A stretch of 64,000 nucleotides of DNA from an uncultured cyanobacterium. GTDB taxonomy: Bacteria > Cyanobacteriota > Cyanobacteriia > Cyanobacteriales > CAWUOF01. Of the stretch, positions 43,244 through 53,405 are shown piece by piece (within the stretch, counting starts at the first letter, position 1; every line of letters starts with the position of its first letter). Below the pieces are notes generated by a model that was not told the origin of the DNA, made no database searches, and worked only from the letters and a program-made list of their open reading frames with translations. The position numbers were made by a program, and so were the translations under genes. The DNA lies in the NCBI GenBank assembly GCA_963744145.1, contig CAVUSO010000001.1, forward strand, positions 4,640,001 through 4,704,000. The letters run 5' to 3'.

Positions 43244-44389
43244 CTAAACAAATATTTGTTGATACCGAATCCGAGCCATAATTAGACCATTCCAAAGAAA
43301 AAAGAGTGCTGAACTACCAGATGAGCGGAGAATTTGTTTAGCAATTTTTCTCACATCTCTCTGTTCATTTACTTTTTCATCAGCTAAATAAACACCCAGT
43401 AAAGCTCGATTAATCATGCGATGAAAGTGTTTGTGCGGTAACTGAGAAACAGCTTGATCAGCTTCTTTTAGAAAATAAATGAACCGTTCAGTTATTTCTT
43501 TTCCACTATTGTAGTAAGTACAAAAATTCAAATCACCACCAATCCTGTCTTCTTCTTGGTCAATAAAATAGTCAAGGAGGATATGAAGTCCTTGAACCCA
43601 AGGGAAATAGCTGTTTTTAACCTTTATAGCTAGTTCCTTAGAACAACTTGGATCGCAGCTATATGCAACCAGACAAAAAATTCCTAACGTTGAGCCCGTA
43701 CAAGCTGAAAATTCATACCACTTCATTTCCGGGATTTGGTGACGATGTTCTTCAAAACAAGCTTTTAAGCGAGGAACTCGCTCCTGAATTTTGACATGCT
43801 TATGAACTTGTAAATCACAATAATAATCAGCCAGCTCATGTAAACAGGGAGCAATTATTTGATAGGATGGCAGTTGTTTTAATACATTTTGACAAGTTTT
43901 CACTAACTTCATTAAATAACCACCATCCTCTTGTTCTTGACGAAATTGGTAGTAATTAATACATTCAGCGTTAGGTGTCAAAGCATCTAAGCAAGCTTGA
44001 TGGAGAGTCCGGAAATCTTCTGGATCTAGGGACGTACTGCGATCGCACAGGTTATCTAAATAATCACTAATTGTTTGATAAGCAACAATAAAACAGATGG
44101 TTAGATCAATTTTTTCTTTCGCAAGTAATCCATAGATAGAACCACCTTCACAATGAAATGTTTTGCTGTTTATACTTAATAAAGCTTGTTTCCGTAATTC
44201 CGGATCAGGAATTTTCTCAGCTTCTTTTTTCCATAGCCCTAAATATTTACGAACTCTGGGAAGCACATCAATATAAATTCTGATCATCAGTATGATCGAA
44301 CCAGATGGAACTTGCATTAATAAAGCTTTTTGGAAAAACCCCCTAATATTTCTATTAGTATCATACCACCTATTTATGAGTGTTACCAT
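43244..44389 (-). CDS. Tetraprenyl-beta-curcumene synthase family terpene cyclase (YtpB/DUF2600-like)
   Basis: IPDPELRKQAL, KTFHCEGG, SDYLDNLCDRS, GSTLGIF, LHILLDYFIDQEED. Confidence 0.88.
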   Translation of the reverse strand: MVTLINRWYDTNRNIRGFFQKALLMQVPSGSIILMIRIYIDVLPRVRKYLGLWKKEAEKIPDPELRKQALLSINSKTFHCEGGSIYGLLAKEKIDLTICFIVAYQTISDYLDNLCDRSTSLDPEDFRTLHQACLDALTPNAECINYYQFRQEQEDGGYLMKLVKTCQNVLKQLPSYQIIAPCLHELADYYCDLQVHKHVKIQERVPRLKACFEEHRHQIPEMKWYEFSACTGSTLGIFCLVAYSCDPSCSKELAIKVKNSYFPWVQGLHILLDYFIDQEEDRIGGDLNFCTYYNSGKEITERFIYFLKEADQAVSQLPHKHFHRMINRALLGVYLADEKVNEQRDVRKIAKQILRSSGSSALFFLWNGLIMARIRYQQIFV

Positions 44390-44669
44390 TATTTTAAATT
44401 GATTTTAATTTCTGCTTTTATATTAGCATTAAAATATTCAAATATTATCTATCACTTGGAATAAGTAGCCGGAATAAATAACAATAGTCTACACAGGTTT
44501 TAGATTCTAGTCTGAACCTCTTGATTTTTCGTTGGTAAATCTATTGACCAATGGCTCTGAAACCCTTATTCTGCCATTGATCATCAAAAACTGTCCGGAT
44601 TATTACCTTGATTTGCTCGGATTTATCCTTTATACTACAATTGTAGTATGCAAGTAAGGAATCCGAGAA

Positions 44670-45308
44670 ATGACTACTAATCAAAGACCCACAAATGGAC
44701 AATTTGACTATACACTCAAAAAACAAACCGGTGGTCCTGGTCAATTTGCTCGTGTCATTGGTCGGATTGAATCCTGTGATGAACTTTTTCTATTTGAAAA
44801 TCAAGTCACAGGTGGTGCGATTCCCTCCCCATTAATTAAAGCAGCAGAAAAAGGTTTTCGGGATGCTACCAGTAATGGTGTTTTAGCAGGTTATCCGGTA
44901 ATTGGTGTCAAAGTTATCCTTGAAGATGGTAATTATCACCCGATCGACTCAACCGAAAGAGCTTTTTATTATGCTGCTCATCAGGGATTTTACCAGGGAC
45001 TCAGAAATGCTGATTCTGTGATTATTGAACCAATTATGAACGTCACCATAGAAATACCAACCACATTTGTCGGTTTGGTACAGGGTGATTTGCGATCGCG
45101 ACGTGGTATAGTGCAAAGTTTAGAGACTATCCTAAACGGAGAAAAAATTCAAGCCAACGTTCCTCTAGCAGAAATGTTTGGTTATGCTACTAGAATCCGA
45201 TCGCTTTGTTCTGGTCAAGGAATTTTCTCAATGGAGTTTAGTCACTATGAACCTGTACCAGAAAAAATTCAACCCCAACTGATGGCAAAATATGCACATT
45301 CAAGTTGA
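44670..45308 (+). CDS. Stand-alone EF-G domain IV-V protein (no GTPase domain)
   Basis: KKQTGGPGQFA, GVLAGYPV, YHPIDS, IEPIM, VPLAEMFGY, FSMEFSHY; 212 aa. Confidence 0.85.
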   Translation: MTTNQRPTNGQFDYTLKKQTGGPGQFARVIGRIESCDELFLFENQVTGGAIPSPLIKAAEKGFRDATSNGVLAGYPVIGVKVILEDGNYHPIDSTERAFYYAAHQGFYQGLRNADSVIIEPIMNVTIEIPTTFVGLVQGDLRSRRGIVQSLETILNGEKIQANVPLAEMFGYATRIRSLCSGQGIFSMEFSHYEPVPEKIQPQLMAKYAHSS

Positions 45309-46356
45309 AACATTTACCGTACATAAACGTTTTGCTCTCACCATTAGTCGATGTACTACTGTTCAGACAACTAATGTATGGTTAAGGATAGAATCAGAAG
45401 GAATAGAAGGGTGGGGAGAAGCTTCACCCTTTTCTACTGATCATTGCTCCCAAACTACTGAGAGCATCTTAAAATCATTCCTAACGATCAAACCAATCCT
45501 CGAAAAATTTCATCCCCTCGATCGACAACAAATCGAACAGGTTTTAACAGAATATCAGCTCCCTTCTGCTGTTAAAGCTGCGATCGATGTAGCTTTATAT
45601 GATTGGTTAGGTAAAAAAGTCGGATTACCACTCTGGAGATTATGGGGATTGAATTGTAATTCTTTAGTACCGATCTCCGTAACGATTGGAATTAATTCCC
45701 CAGAAGGTGCTATAAATCGAGTCCGAGATTGGTTACAATTTGCCGAAGTTAAATTTTTGAAAGTAAAATTAGGTAATCCCACCGGAATTGACGCAGATCA
45801 AGCTATGCTAATGGCAATTAAAGCAGAAGCACCACAACTTCCTTTAATGGTAGATGCTAATGGAGGATGGAGTTTAGCACAAGCAATTAAAATGTCTGAT
45901 TGGTTAGCAACTCAGGGGGTTAAATATATAGAACAACCTTTAGCAACTGGAAATGAAGAACAATTAATTGCATTATATCACCGATCGCCTTTACCAATTT
46001 TTGTCGATGAAAGTTGTTGGATTTCCTCCGATATTATTAAATTAGCCGATCGAGTACATGGAATTAATATCAAATTAATGAAAGCTGGAGGTTTAACTGA
46101 AATCATTCGCATGATCCATATAGCCAGAGCTTGTGGATTACAGGTAATGTTTGGGTGTTATTCTGATAGTGTTATTGCTAATAGTGCGATCGCACAATTA
46201 TCACCCCTAGCTGACTATCTAGATTTAGACAGTCACCTCAACTTAATTGATGATCCATTTACCGGAGCATTAATGCAACAAGGATGTTTAGTACCTAATG
46301 ATTTACCCGGTTTAGGAGTGAGGAAAATATCCACCAACCAGATTTTGGGATTGTAG
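45292..46356 (+). CDS. Dipeptide epimerase (enolase superfamily, L-Ala-D/L-Glu epimerase/DgcA-like)
   Basis: GWGEA, KVKLG, VDANGGW, IEQP, DES, NIKLMK, DLD. Confidence 0.9.
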   Translation: MHIQVETFTVHKRFALTISRCTTVQTTNVWLRIESEGIEGWGEASPFSTDHCSQTTESILKSFLTIKPILEKFHPLDRQQIEQVLTEYQLPSAVKAAIDVALYDWLGKKVGLPLWRLWGLNCNSLVPISVTIGINSPEGAINRVRDWLQFAEVKFLKVKLGNPTGIDADQAMLMAIKAEAPQLPLMVDANGGWSLAQAIKMSDWLATQGVKYIEQPLATGNEEQLIALYHRSPLPIFVDESCWISSDIIKLADRVHGINIKLMKAGGLTEIIRMIHIARACGLQVMFGCYSDSVIANSAIAQLSPLADYLDLDSHLNLIDDPFTGALMQQGCLVPNDLPGLGVRKISTNQILGL

Positions 46357-46360
46357 GACA

Positions 46361-46612
46361 GACATCTTGTCTGTCAAATAAATTGAAAGACATCTTGTCT
46401 GTCAAATAAATTGAAAGACATCTTGTCTGTCAAATAAATTGAAAGACATCTTGTCTGTCAAATAAATTGAAAGACATCTTGTCTGTCAAATAAATTGAAA
46501 GACATCTTGTCTGTCAAATAAATTGAAAGACATCTTGTCTGTCAAATAAATTGAAAGACATCTTGTCTGTCAAATAAATTGAAAGACATCTTGTCTGTCA
46601 AATAAATTGAAA
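46361..46612 (+). repeat. Perfect tandem repeat, 9 x 28 bp
   Basis: gacatcttgtctgtcaaataaattgaaa nine times, with no spacers. Confidence 0.97.
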
Positions 46613-46638
46613 AGGTCTAATCTATTTTTGGTATTTTT

Positions 46639-47676
46639 ATGTTAAAACCTGAAGATCGAATAGCAATTTTACTGCATCAAGGTATTCGCAGTGCATTAGG
46701 AAAAACAGGCTTATCTCTACTGCGCTATAGTGAGTCTGACATAGTAGCAGTAATTGATCAGGAATCCGCAGGTAGTTCCTTACCGGAATTAACCAAAATT
46801 CAGCGTCAAGTACCTATAGTTGCTTCGGTAGAAGACTCGTTAGTCTACAAACCCAATGTCCTCGTTATTGGAATCGCTCCTTCTGGTGGAGCAATTCCCC
46901 CAGAATATCGACAGGAAATATATCATGCAGTTAGTCAAGGGTTATCCATCGTCAATGGGTTACATACACCGATCGCTAATGATCCTGATGTCGCAAGTTT
47001 ATTAAAACCAGGACAATGGATTTGGGATATTCGTCAAGAACCATCAGGAATTCCCATTGCTAGTGCTAAAGCGCGATCGCTTGCTTGTCTGCGAGTGTTA
47101 ACTGTTGGGACAGACATGGGAATTGGGAAAATGTCTACCAGTCTAGAATTAAACCGAGCTGCTCTAAAAAAAGGATATCGCTCCAAATTTATCGCTACTG
47201 GTCAAGCTGGTTTAATGATCGCTCAAGATGGAATACCATTAGATGCAATCCGAGTCGATTTTGCTGCTGGTGCAGTAGAACAGGTAGTGATGCACTTTGG
47301 TCAAAACCATGACATCTTACAAATTGAAGGACAAGGTTCTCTCCTCCATCCTGGTTCCACTGCCACTTTACCATTATTGCGCGGTTCCCAAGCAACTCAT
47401 CTAGTCCTCGTCCATCGGGTTGGACAAACCCATATTCGTAATCATCCCCATATACTGATTCCATCTTTGACTGATGTAATTAAACTATATGAAGCTATTG
47501 CTGCTGCTGGTGGAGCTTTTACTCCAGCTCAGGTAGTCGCGATCGCGCTTAATACTCATCATCTCGATGAAACTGAAGCAATCAGTGCGATCGCTCAAGT
47601 CCAACTTGCTACCGGATTACCTTGTACTGATCCAGTGCGCTTTGGTGCTGATCTATTGTTAAATGCAATTGTCTAA
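46639..47676 (+). CDS. DUF1611 family protein (DgcN-like)
   Basis: GIAPSGG, NGLH, VGTDMGIGKM, ATGQAG, IEGQGSL. Confidence 0.9.
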   Translation: MLKPEDRIAILLHQGIRSALGKTGLSLLRYSESDIVAVIDQESAGSSLPELTKIQRQVPIVASVEDSLVYKPNVLVIGIAPSGGAIPPEYRQEIYHAVSQGLSIVNGLHTPIANDPDVASLLKPGQWIWDIRQEPSGIPIASAKARSLACLRVLTVGTDMGIGKMSTSLELNRAALKKGYRSKFIATGQAGLMIAQDGIPLDAIRVDFAAGAVEQVVMHFGQNHDILQIEGQGSLLHPGSTATLPLLRGSQATHLVLVHRVGQTHIRNHPHILIPSLTDVIKLYEAIAAAGGAFTPAQVVAIALNTHHLDETEAISAIAQVQLATGLPCTDPVRFGADLLLNAIV

Positions 47677-47704
47677 TTAGTTTATAACCCAGCGGATATC
47701 AGTC

Positions 47705-48094
47705 ATGAGTGAAAAACTAGATGTGGAACAACCAACTAATCCGTCCTCAGTAGATTCAGATCCTACATCAATCCGACATTGGGGTACGGTCACGATGTTA
47801 GAAACTGGAACAGGTTATCGTATTAATCGAGTGGAAGTCAAACCTGGACATTGCATGACTTTACAAATGCACTATCACCGGAGTGAACACTGGATTGTCG
47901 TTTCTGGTACAGCGAAAGTAAATTGTGGTGATCAGGAAACCATTATTATCCAAAACCAATCAACCTATGTTCCTCAAGGTACACCTCATCGGGTCGAAAA
48001 CCCAGGAGTAATTCCACTGGTAATGATTGAAGTGCAAAATGGGGAATATCTGGGCGAAGATGATATTATTCGTTTGTCAGACCATCAAAATTAG
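47705..48094 (+). CDS. Cupin protein, type II mannose-6-phosphate isomerase C-terminal-like
   Basis: LQMHYHRSEHWIVVSG, IEVQNGEYLGEDDIIR. Confidence 0.88.
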   Translation: MSEKLDVEQPTNPSSVDSDPTSIRHWGTVTMLETGTGYRINRVEVKPGHCMTLQMHYHRSEHWIVVSGTAKVNCGDQETIIIQNQSTYVPQGTPHRVENPGVIPLVMIEVQNGEYLGEDDIIRLSDHQN

Positions 48095-48108
48095 GCAATC
48101 TCATCATT

Positions 48109-48510
48109 CTAACCATATTTATGGGTCTCGGCTGAATGACAGCGATCGCACAACCCAAAAAACTCTAGCGTGTGATAAAAAATTTTGAACTGGTGCAACT
48201 GTTGGAGTTGGTTTTCTAAATCATGAACTGGACATTCATTGATGGGAATCGATGCTCCACATTGCACACAAGTCAGATGGTGTCGGTCTTCTTTGATACA
48301 GCTATACAGAGACTCCCCACTGACCAAGGTTCGCACTTGCAAAACACCCTCCCGTTTTAAAGCTTCTAAAGAACGGTAAACGGTTGCTAGAGCCATATTT
48401 TGCTGTCGGTTACGCAGTTCAATATAAATATCTTGAGCCGATACTGCTTCCGTTAAGCTCTGAAGTAGGGTTAAAATAATCTTCTGGCTGCGAGTGTGAC
48501 GAACTGTCAT
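48109..48510 (-). CDS. zur: Fur-family metal regulator (Zur-like)
   Basis: LATVYRSL, HHLTCVQCG, CPVH, FFGLCDRC; start re-called at ATG 48510. Confidence 0.85.
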   Translation of the reverse strand: MTVRHTRSQKIILTLLQSLTEAVSAQDIYIELRNRQQNMALATVYRSLEALKREGVLQVRTLVSGESLYSCIKEDRHHLTCVQCGASIPINECPVHDLENQLQQLHQFKIFYHTLEFFGLCDRCHSAETHKYG

Positions 48511-48658
48511 GGTTAGTAATTGAGGGACTATGGTCAAATTTAGCTTTTTTCTTGGCTCAATGAGTAAATGATCTCTAAATCTTGCTAGGCTAGTAAATAG
48601 CTTATCCTGAGTTTTTTCCTCAGAGTATGGCCTCGTTACCCCATTATTGTTGTCAGCT

Positions 48659-48952
48659 ATGGCTATCATTTACAAGTATCAGGCTCGGATATATGTTACA
48701 CTGCGGGCATCAGTCCTAGATCCCGCAGGAGCAGCAGTGGAATCTAGCCTCAAAAATTCAGGCTATGAAAATGTGGAAAATTTAAGAATAGGGAAATACA
48801 TTGAACTCAATCTCAGTGCTGCTGGTCCAGAGATCGCGAAGAAACAACTAAACCAAATTTGTGACCAAGTTTTAGCCAATCCCGTGATCGAAAATTATCG
48901 GTTTGAGATCACCGAAGTATCAGCAAGTGTAGAAACAGGAGTCTCCAGGTGA
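48659..48952 (+). CDS. purS: FGAM synthase subunit PurS
   Basis: VTLRASVLDPAG, RIGKYIE, LANPVIENY. Confidence 0.95.
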   Translation: MAIIYKYQARIYVTLRASVLDPAGAAVESSLKNSGYENVENLRIGKYIELNLSAAGPEIAKKQLNQICDQVLANPVIENYRFEITEVSASVETGVSR

Positions 48953-49650
48953 AATTTGGGATCATAGTTTTTCCTGGTTCCAACTGCGATCGCGATATTG
49001 CTTATGTGACCCGGGATTTACTTGACCAACCCACCCGGATGGTTTGGCACCAAGATCCCGATATTACGGATCTAGATGTAATTGTAATTCCCGGAGGCTT
49101 TAGCTACGGGGATTACTTACGCTGTGGCGCGATCGCCCGTTTTTCCCCAGTCATGGGTGCGATTCGAGAACACGCTCAACAGGGGAAATTCGTTTTAGGG
49201 ATCTGTAATGGGTTTCAAGTGTTAACCGAAGCGGGACTATTACCGGGAGCATTAGTAAGAAACCAGAATTTGCACTTTATTTGCGATCGGATCAATCTGA
49301 AAGTCGAAAGAATTGATCTACCTTGGACTCAAGCATATTCTTCTGGACAAGTAATTACCCTACCTATTGCTCATGGTGAAGGAAGATACTATGCTGATCC
49401 AGGGACGATCGCCAAATTAGAAGATCACAATCAGATCCTATTTCGGTATTGTGATCAAACCGGAAAAACTACGAGTGCTAGTAATCCCAATGGTTCTCTA
49501 AATAATATTGCTGGGATCTGCAATCGTGAAGGGAACGTTTTAGGAATGATGCCCCACCCAGAGCGAGCATCTGATCCGGTTTTAGGGAAACCAGATGGTC
49601 GAAAATTATTTCAAGGTTTATTGCAAAAACAGAAAATTGCGATCGGCTAG
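48949..49650 (+). CDS. purQ: FGAM synthase subunit PurQ
   Basis: FPGSNCD, GGFSYGDYLR, GICNGFQ, MMPHPER. Confidence 0.97.
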   Translation: MKFGIIVFPGSNCDRDIAYVTRDLLDQPTRMVWHQDPDITDLDVIVIPGGFSYGDYLRCGAIARFSPVMGAIREHAQQGKFVLGICNGFQVLTEAGLLPGALVRNQNLHFICDRINLKVERIDLPWTQAYSSGQVITLPIAHGEGRYYADPGTIAKLEDHNQILFRYCDQTGKTTSASNPNGSLNNIAGICNREGNVLGMMPHPERASDPVLGKPDGRKLFQGLLQKQKIAIG

Positions 49651-49699
49651 GTAATCTTAGGTTGACCACAACAACATTCAACATTTAAGGAGTAAATTT

Positions 49700-50254
49700 G
49701 TGCTAAAACTCTATGGTGCTGCTCGGAGTCGTGCGGCTATAATTCAGTGGTATCTAGAAGAATTAGCCCTTCCCTACGAATTTATCTCATTAGATCTGCA
49801 AGCAGGAGAACATTTACAGCCAGCTTACCGGAGCATCAACCCGTTTGGCAAAGTACCTGCGATCGTCGATGGAGATTTTTGTCTGTGGGAATCAGGTGCG
49901 ATTTTGCTGTATTTGGCTGAAAAATATGGTAATGTTGTAGACCCACAAACAAGAGCAATTCTGACTCAATGGGTATTATTTGCCAATGCTACCTTAACAC
50001 CACCAATTTTTGCAGAAACCAGTCGTGAAAAGGAAATGCCGAAATTATTCCCTCCCCTGCAAGAAATTTTAGAAAAACAACCATTTTTGTTAGGGGAAGA
50101 GCTGAGTGTTGCTGATGTAGCGGTTGGCTCAATGCTAGGGTATATGGTAATGATGCTCAAGTTAGACTATAGTGCTTATCCTGCACTGAGCGAATACGTG
50201 AAACGAATTGCTGATCGACCCGCATTTCACAAGACGATCGGCACAATTTTCTAA
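49700..50254 (+). CDS. Glutathione S-transferase family protein
   Basis: INPFGKVPAI, LWESGAILLYL. Confidence 0.92.
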   Translation: MLKLYGAARSRAAIIQWYLEELALPYEFISLDLQAGEHLQPAYRSINPFGKVPAIVDGDFCLWESGAILLYLAEKYGNVVDPQTRAILTQWVLFANATLTPPIFAETSREKEMPKLFPPLQEILEKQPFLLGEELSVADVAVGSMLGYMVMMLKLDYSAYPALSEYVKRIADRPAFHKTIGTIF

Positions 50255-50262
50255 AAAATCTG

Positions 50263-50292
50263 AGCGAACAGTACATAATGGCACTGTTCGCT
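50263..50292. terminator. Hairpin between convergent GST and psbK (probable bidirectional terminator)
   Basis: agcgaacagt-N10-actgttcgct. Confidence 0.7.
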
Positions 50293-50305
50293 TTGAAAAA
50301 TAAAT

Positions 50306-50443
50306 TTAGCGGAAACCGATAGCGGCCTGCCAGACAAACGCTAGCAACAGGAAAAACACAGGGATAATTGGTAAAACATCGACCAGAGGATCAAAGATTG
50401 CGTAAGCTTCCGGGAGTTTGGCCAATAGTAATGCTGCTTCCAT
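50306..50443 (-). CDS. psbK: Photosystem II reaction center protein K
   Basis: Manual translation [51 protein letters not shown]; absent from the ORF track. Confidence 0.97.
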   Translation of the reverse strand: MEAALLLAKLPEAYAIFDPLVDVLPIIPVFFLLLAFVWQAAIGFR

Positions 50444-50556
50444 TTAGATTTATTCTCCAACACAGTTTTCAGAATTGACACGAATTTTAACATGATCTGC
50501 ATCATTCCGAAGTAGAGATTAGACAAGCAAGCAAAAGTCATGTTGATCAATTTATT

Positions 50557-50621
50557 GGACAGGCAAGATGCCTGTCCCACAACAACAAAAAACTCTTGTG
50601 GGACAGGCATCTTGCCTGTCC
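50557..50621. repeat. Inverted doublet of REP-like palindromes (REPIN-like)
   Basis: ggacaggcaagatgcctgtcccacaa...ttgtgggacaggcatcttgcctgtcc. Confidence 0.85.
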
Positions 50622-50624
50622 TAG

Positions 50625-51749
50625 TTATTTTGGCAAGGGATCTATTGGATTTAACCATTGAGCAAAATCCCTAGCAAAACTATTGTTCAGGATGGATTGA
50701 CGGATATCCGTGGTGAAGCGAATCAGTTCAGTCACATTATGAATTGCTAATAGGGTATAGCCTACCTGTTCGTGCGATCGGATTAAATGACTCAGATAAG
50801 CACGACTGAAATTTCTACAGGTATAGCAGGGACATTGATCATCTAAGGAAGTAAAATCTCTTTGAAAACCAGAATTTTTCAGACACAACCTTTCCCCTCC
50901 CACCAAAGCAGAACCATGACGAGCTAAACGAGTGGGAATCACACAATCAAATAAATCGATCCCCGCAGCGATCGCTTGGGCCATTTCCCGATAAGTACCA
51001 ATACCCATCAAATAACGGGGTTTATCTGGTGGTAAGAGGGGAGCAGTAACCTGGACAATCTCAGCGATTAACTCTGGTGGTTCACCTACACTCACACCAC
51101 CGATCGCATATCCGGGTAAATCAAAAGCTGCTAGAGCCCGAGCCGCACTAACCCGTAAATCCGGATATACACCTCCCTGAACAATTCCAAACAAAGCCTG
51201 ATCTGCAAATTGATGGGCAGAAATACAACGTTCTAACCAACGATAAGTTCGCTCCGTCGCTTCTACTACCTCATCCCGAGTCGCTGGATAGGGAGGACAC
51301 TCATCAAACGCCATAATCACATCTGCACCCAGCTGGTTTTGAATCTGGATCGATCGCTCTGGGGTTAAATGAATGATCCTACCATCACGAGGCGATCGAA
51401 AGGTCACACCATCTTCAGTAATTTTACGCATTTCACTCAAGCTAAATACCTGAAATCCTCCTGAGTCAGTCAATATCGGTCCATTCCATCCCATAAACCG
51501 ATGCAATCCACCAGCTCCAGCCACAATCTCTTCTCCTGGTTGGAGATGGAGATGATAGGTATTAGCTAAAACCATTTGGGCTTGCGTATCTTTTAGTTGA
51601 GCGGGGGTTAAAGTTTTGACATTTGCCAGTGTTCCTACTGGCATGAATCTAGGTGTTTCTACGGAACCATGAGGCGTAAAAAATATACCTGCCCGCGCCT
51701 GCGTATGGCCACAATGCGCTTGACATTCAAACTTAAATTTTTCACTCAT
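50625..51749 (-). CDS. tgt: tRNA-guanine transglycosylase
   Basis: [41 protein letters not shown]; start re-called at MSEKF. Confidence 0.97.
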   Translation of the reverse strand: MSEKFKFECQAHCGHTQARAGIFFTPHGSVETPRFMPVGTLANVKTLTPAQLKDTQAQMVLANTYHLHLQPGEEIVAGAGGLHRFMGWNGPILTDSGGFQVFSLSEMRKITEDGVTFRSPRDGRIIHLTPERSIQIQNQLGADVIMAFDECPPYPATRDEVVEATERTYRWLERCISAHQFADQALFGIVQGGVYPDLRVSAARALAAFDLPGYAIGGVSVGEPPELIAEIVQVTAPLLPPDKPRYLMGIGTYREMAQAIAAGIDLFDCVIPTRLARHGSALVGGERLCLKNSGFQRDFTSLDDQCPCYTCRNFSRAYLSHLIRSHEQVGYTLLAIHNVTELIRFTTDIRQSILNNSFARDFAQWLNPIDPLPK

Positions 51750-51971
51750 ATTAGTTATGTTTAACCACTTAATTACCACTCTATAGGGTAGTGGGGAATG
51801 GAGCATCACTAAAAGGTAAGAGGACAAGATAAATTTATCGACTTAAATCGCCAACTTATCATCTAAATAACTATTAGCTAAGAGCTAAATCAGTCAATTA
51901 CCTATAAATAGGGATCTCCAGTTATTAACCATTAGCAAATATGCCTATAGAATTAGTGATATTAAGGATAT

Positions 51972-52424
51972 TTAATATGAGAAATCTTCTTCATCTTCAA
52001 TATGAAAATCCCAATCAGAGGATAGAGTTTGAGTGACTACAGATTCGAGGGTGGCTACATCTAAATTACGAGACGCTTGATCTTGCAAAGCATTAGAGAG
52101 CGGGATCAACCTCAGTTTGCGACCATGGTGAATCAGATCAAAATAAGCCCCTTTTTGAGGAGTCTGTTTTAATTCTAGGTAATCAAAACTATAAACATTT
52201 AGATAGATCGCATGGTTCGCAACTAGAGTAGCACGCTGGGGATCAGCAAATACATCAAGGACATAGCCTTCTCCCTCACTTTGTCGTTTCCCATCCTGAG
52301 TATGGATATAGCGAACTGGGCCTAAACCTGCCAATAAGACCTGCATATCGCGCTTATTGACAACAATACCTGCATCGACAATGCAAGGAGCGGCTACCCT
52401 GGTATTAGATTTTTCTTGATTCAT
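51972..52424 (-). CDS. Hypothetical protein
   Basis: Intact ORF; likely ATG at 52424 with GAGG upstream. Confidence 0.7.
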   Translation of the reverse strand: MNQEKSNTRVAAPCIVDAGIVVNKRDMQVLLAGLGPVRYIHTQDGKRQSEGEGYVLDVFADPQRATLVANHAIYLNVYSFDYLELKQTPQKGAYFDLIHHGRKLRLIPLSNALQDQASRNLDVATLESVVTQTLSSDWDFHIEDEEDFSY

Positions 52425-52592
52425 ATTGAACAAGCCTCTGAAATAATTTTCTTTCTGGCACGTAATCAAAGATAGTCAATGCTTACGCGCTTAGAGAAGA
52501 AATTGTCAAAATTCCTACTGATATCTTCGTTACAATTCTGGCATAGGTTAGTGCAGATGGTATCCCCTTTTGGGATGAAAAACAGTAATTTT

Positions 52593-53388
52593 ATGGCAAA
52601 TGATCCAGGGTCGGAAAATCAGGGTAATCGATGGTGGCAAAGATGGGGAAAAGCGATCGCTGCGGCGATAGCATTTTATACAGTGCTACCGATCCCGACA
52701 AGTTGGACTTTGGAATTTCGCGGAATTGCCCGTTTGGCACCATTGATTGGGTTGATGATTGGGGGCATCTTAGGACTAGCAGATTTTGGGCTAAATTTGT
52801 TAGGAATGCCGCCGCTCACTCGTTCGGCTTTGGTGGTGGTAAGTTGGATCGGTTTAACTGGAGGTTTACATCTAGATGGTGTCATGGATACCGCTGATGG
52901 TCTAGCGGTCCCTGACCCCCAACGACGTTTAGAAGTCATGTCTGATAGTGTGACTGGAGCTTTTGGTGCTATGGCAGCGATCGCGTTAATATTGTTAAAA
53001 ACTGCGGCTCTAAGTGATATTCATGCTCATCGTTGGTTAGCTTTAATGACTGCTGGAGGTTGGGGGAGATGGGGTCAATTAGTCGCGATCGCTCGTTATC
53101 CCTACCTCAAATCCACGGGTAAAGGTGCCATCCACAAAGCATCGATTCATTCTCCGCTAGATTTATTGCCAGGATTATTGTTATTACTGGGATTAAGTGG
53201 GATAAAAATTTTGTTAAACCCCGATCAGTGGTTAGTGGCGATCGGGATGGCGGTTAGGTGGAAGTGCGATCGCGATTCTGACTGGAGCTTGGTTGAACCA
53301 TAAATTAGGTGGTCATACTGGTGATACTTATGGTGCAGTGGTTGAATGGACTGAAGCGCTTTTACTTTGTCTAATCGCTGGATTGTAA
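52593..53388 (+). pseudogene. cobS: Cobalamin synthase CobS with a +1 frameshift near 53253 (probably a sequence error)
   Basis: [19 protein letters not shown]; shifted frame gives [18 protein letters not shown] to TAA 53388. Confidence 0.9.
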
Positions 53389-53405
53389 AGTCTTAAGTTA
53401 GTTTT

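Noticed and set aside
46361..46612. CRISPR array
   Set aside because: The 28-bp units are directly adjacent and identical, with no spacers and no cas genes
48511..48669. N-terminal extensions in the track for zur (also tgt, cobS and Rpn copies 3 and 5)
   Set aside because: Family similarity and SD positions indicate downstream ATG starts
50341..50658. 105-aa ORF from the track
   Set aside because: Reads through REP palindromes and overlaps psbK in another frame
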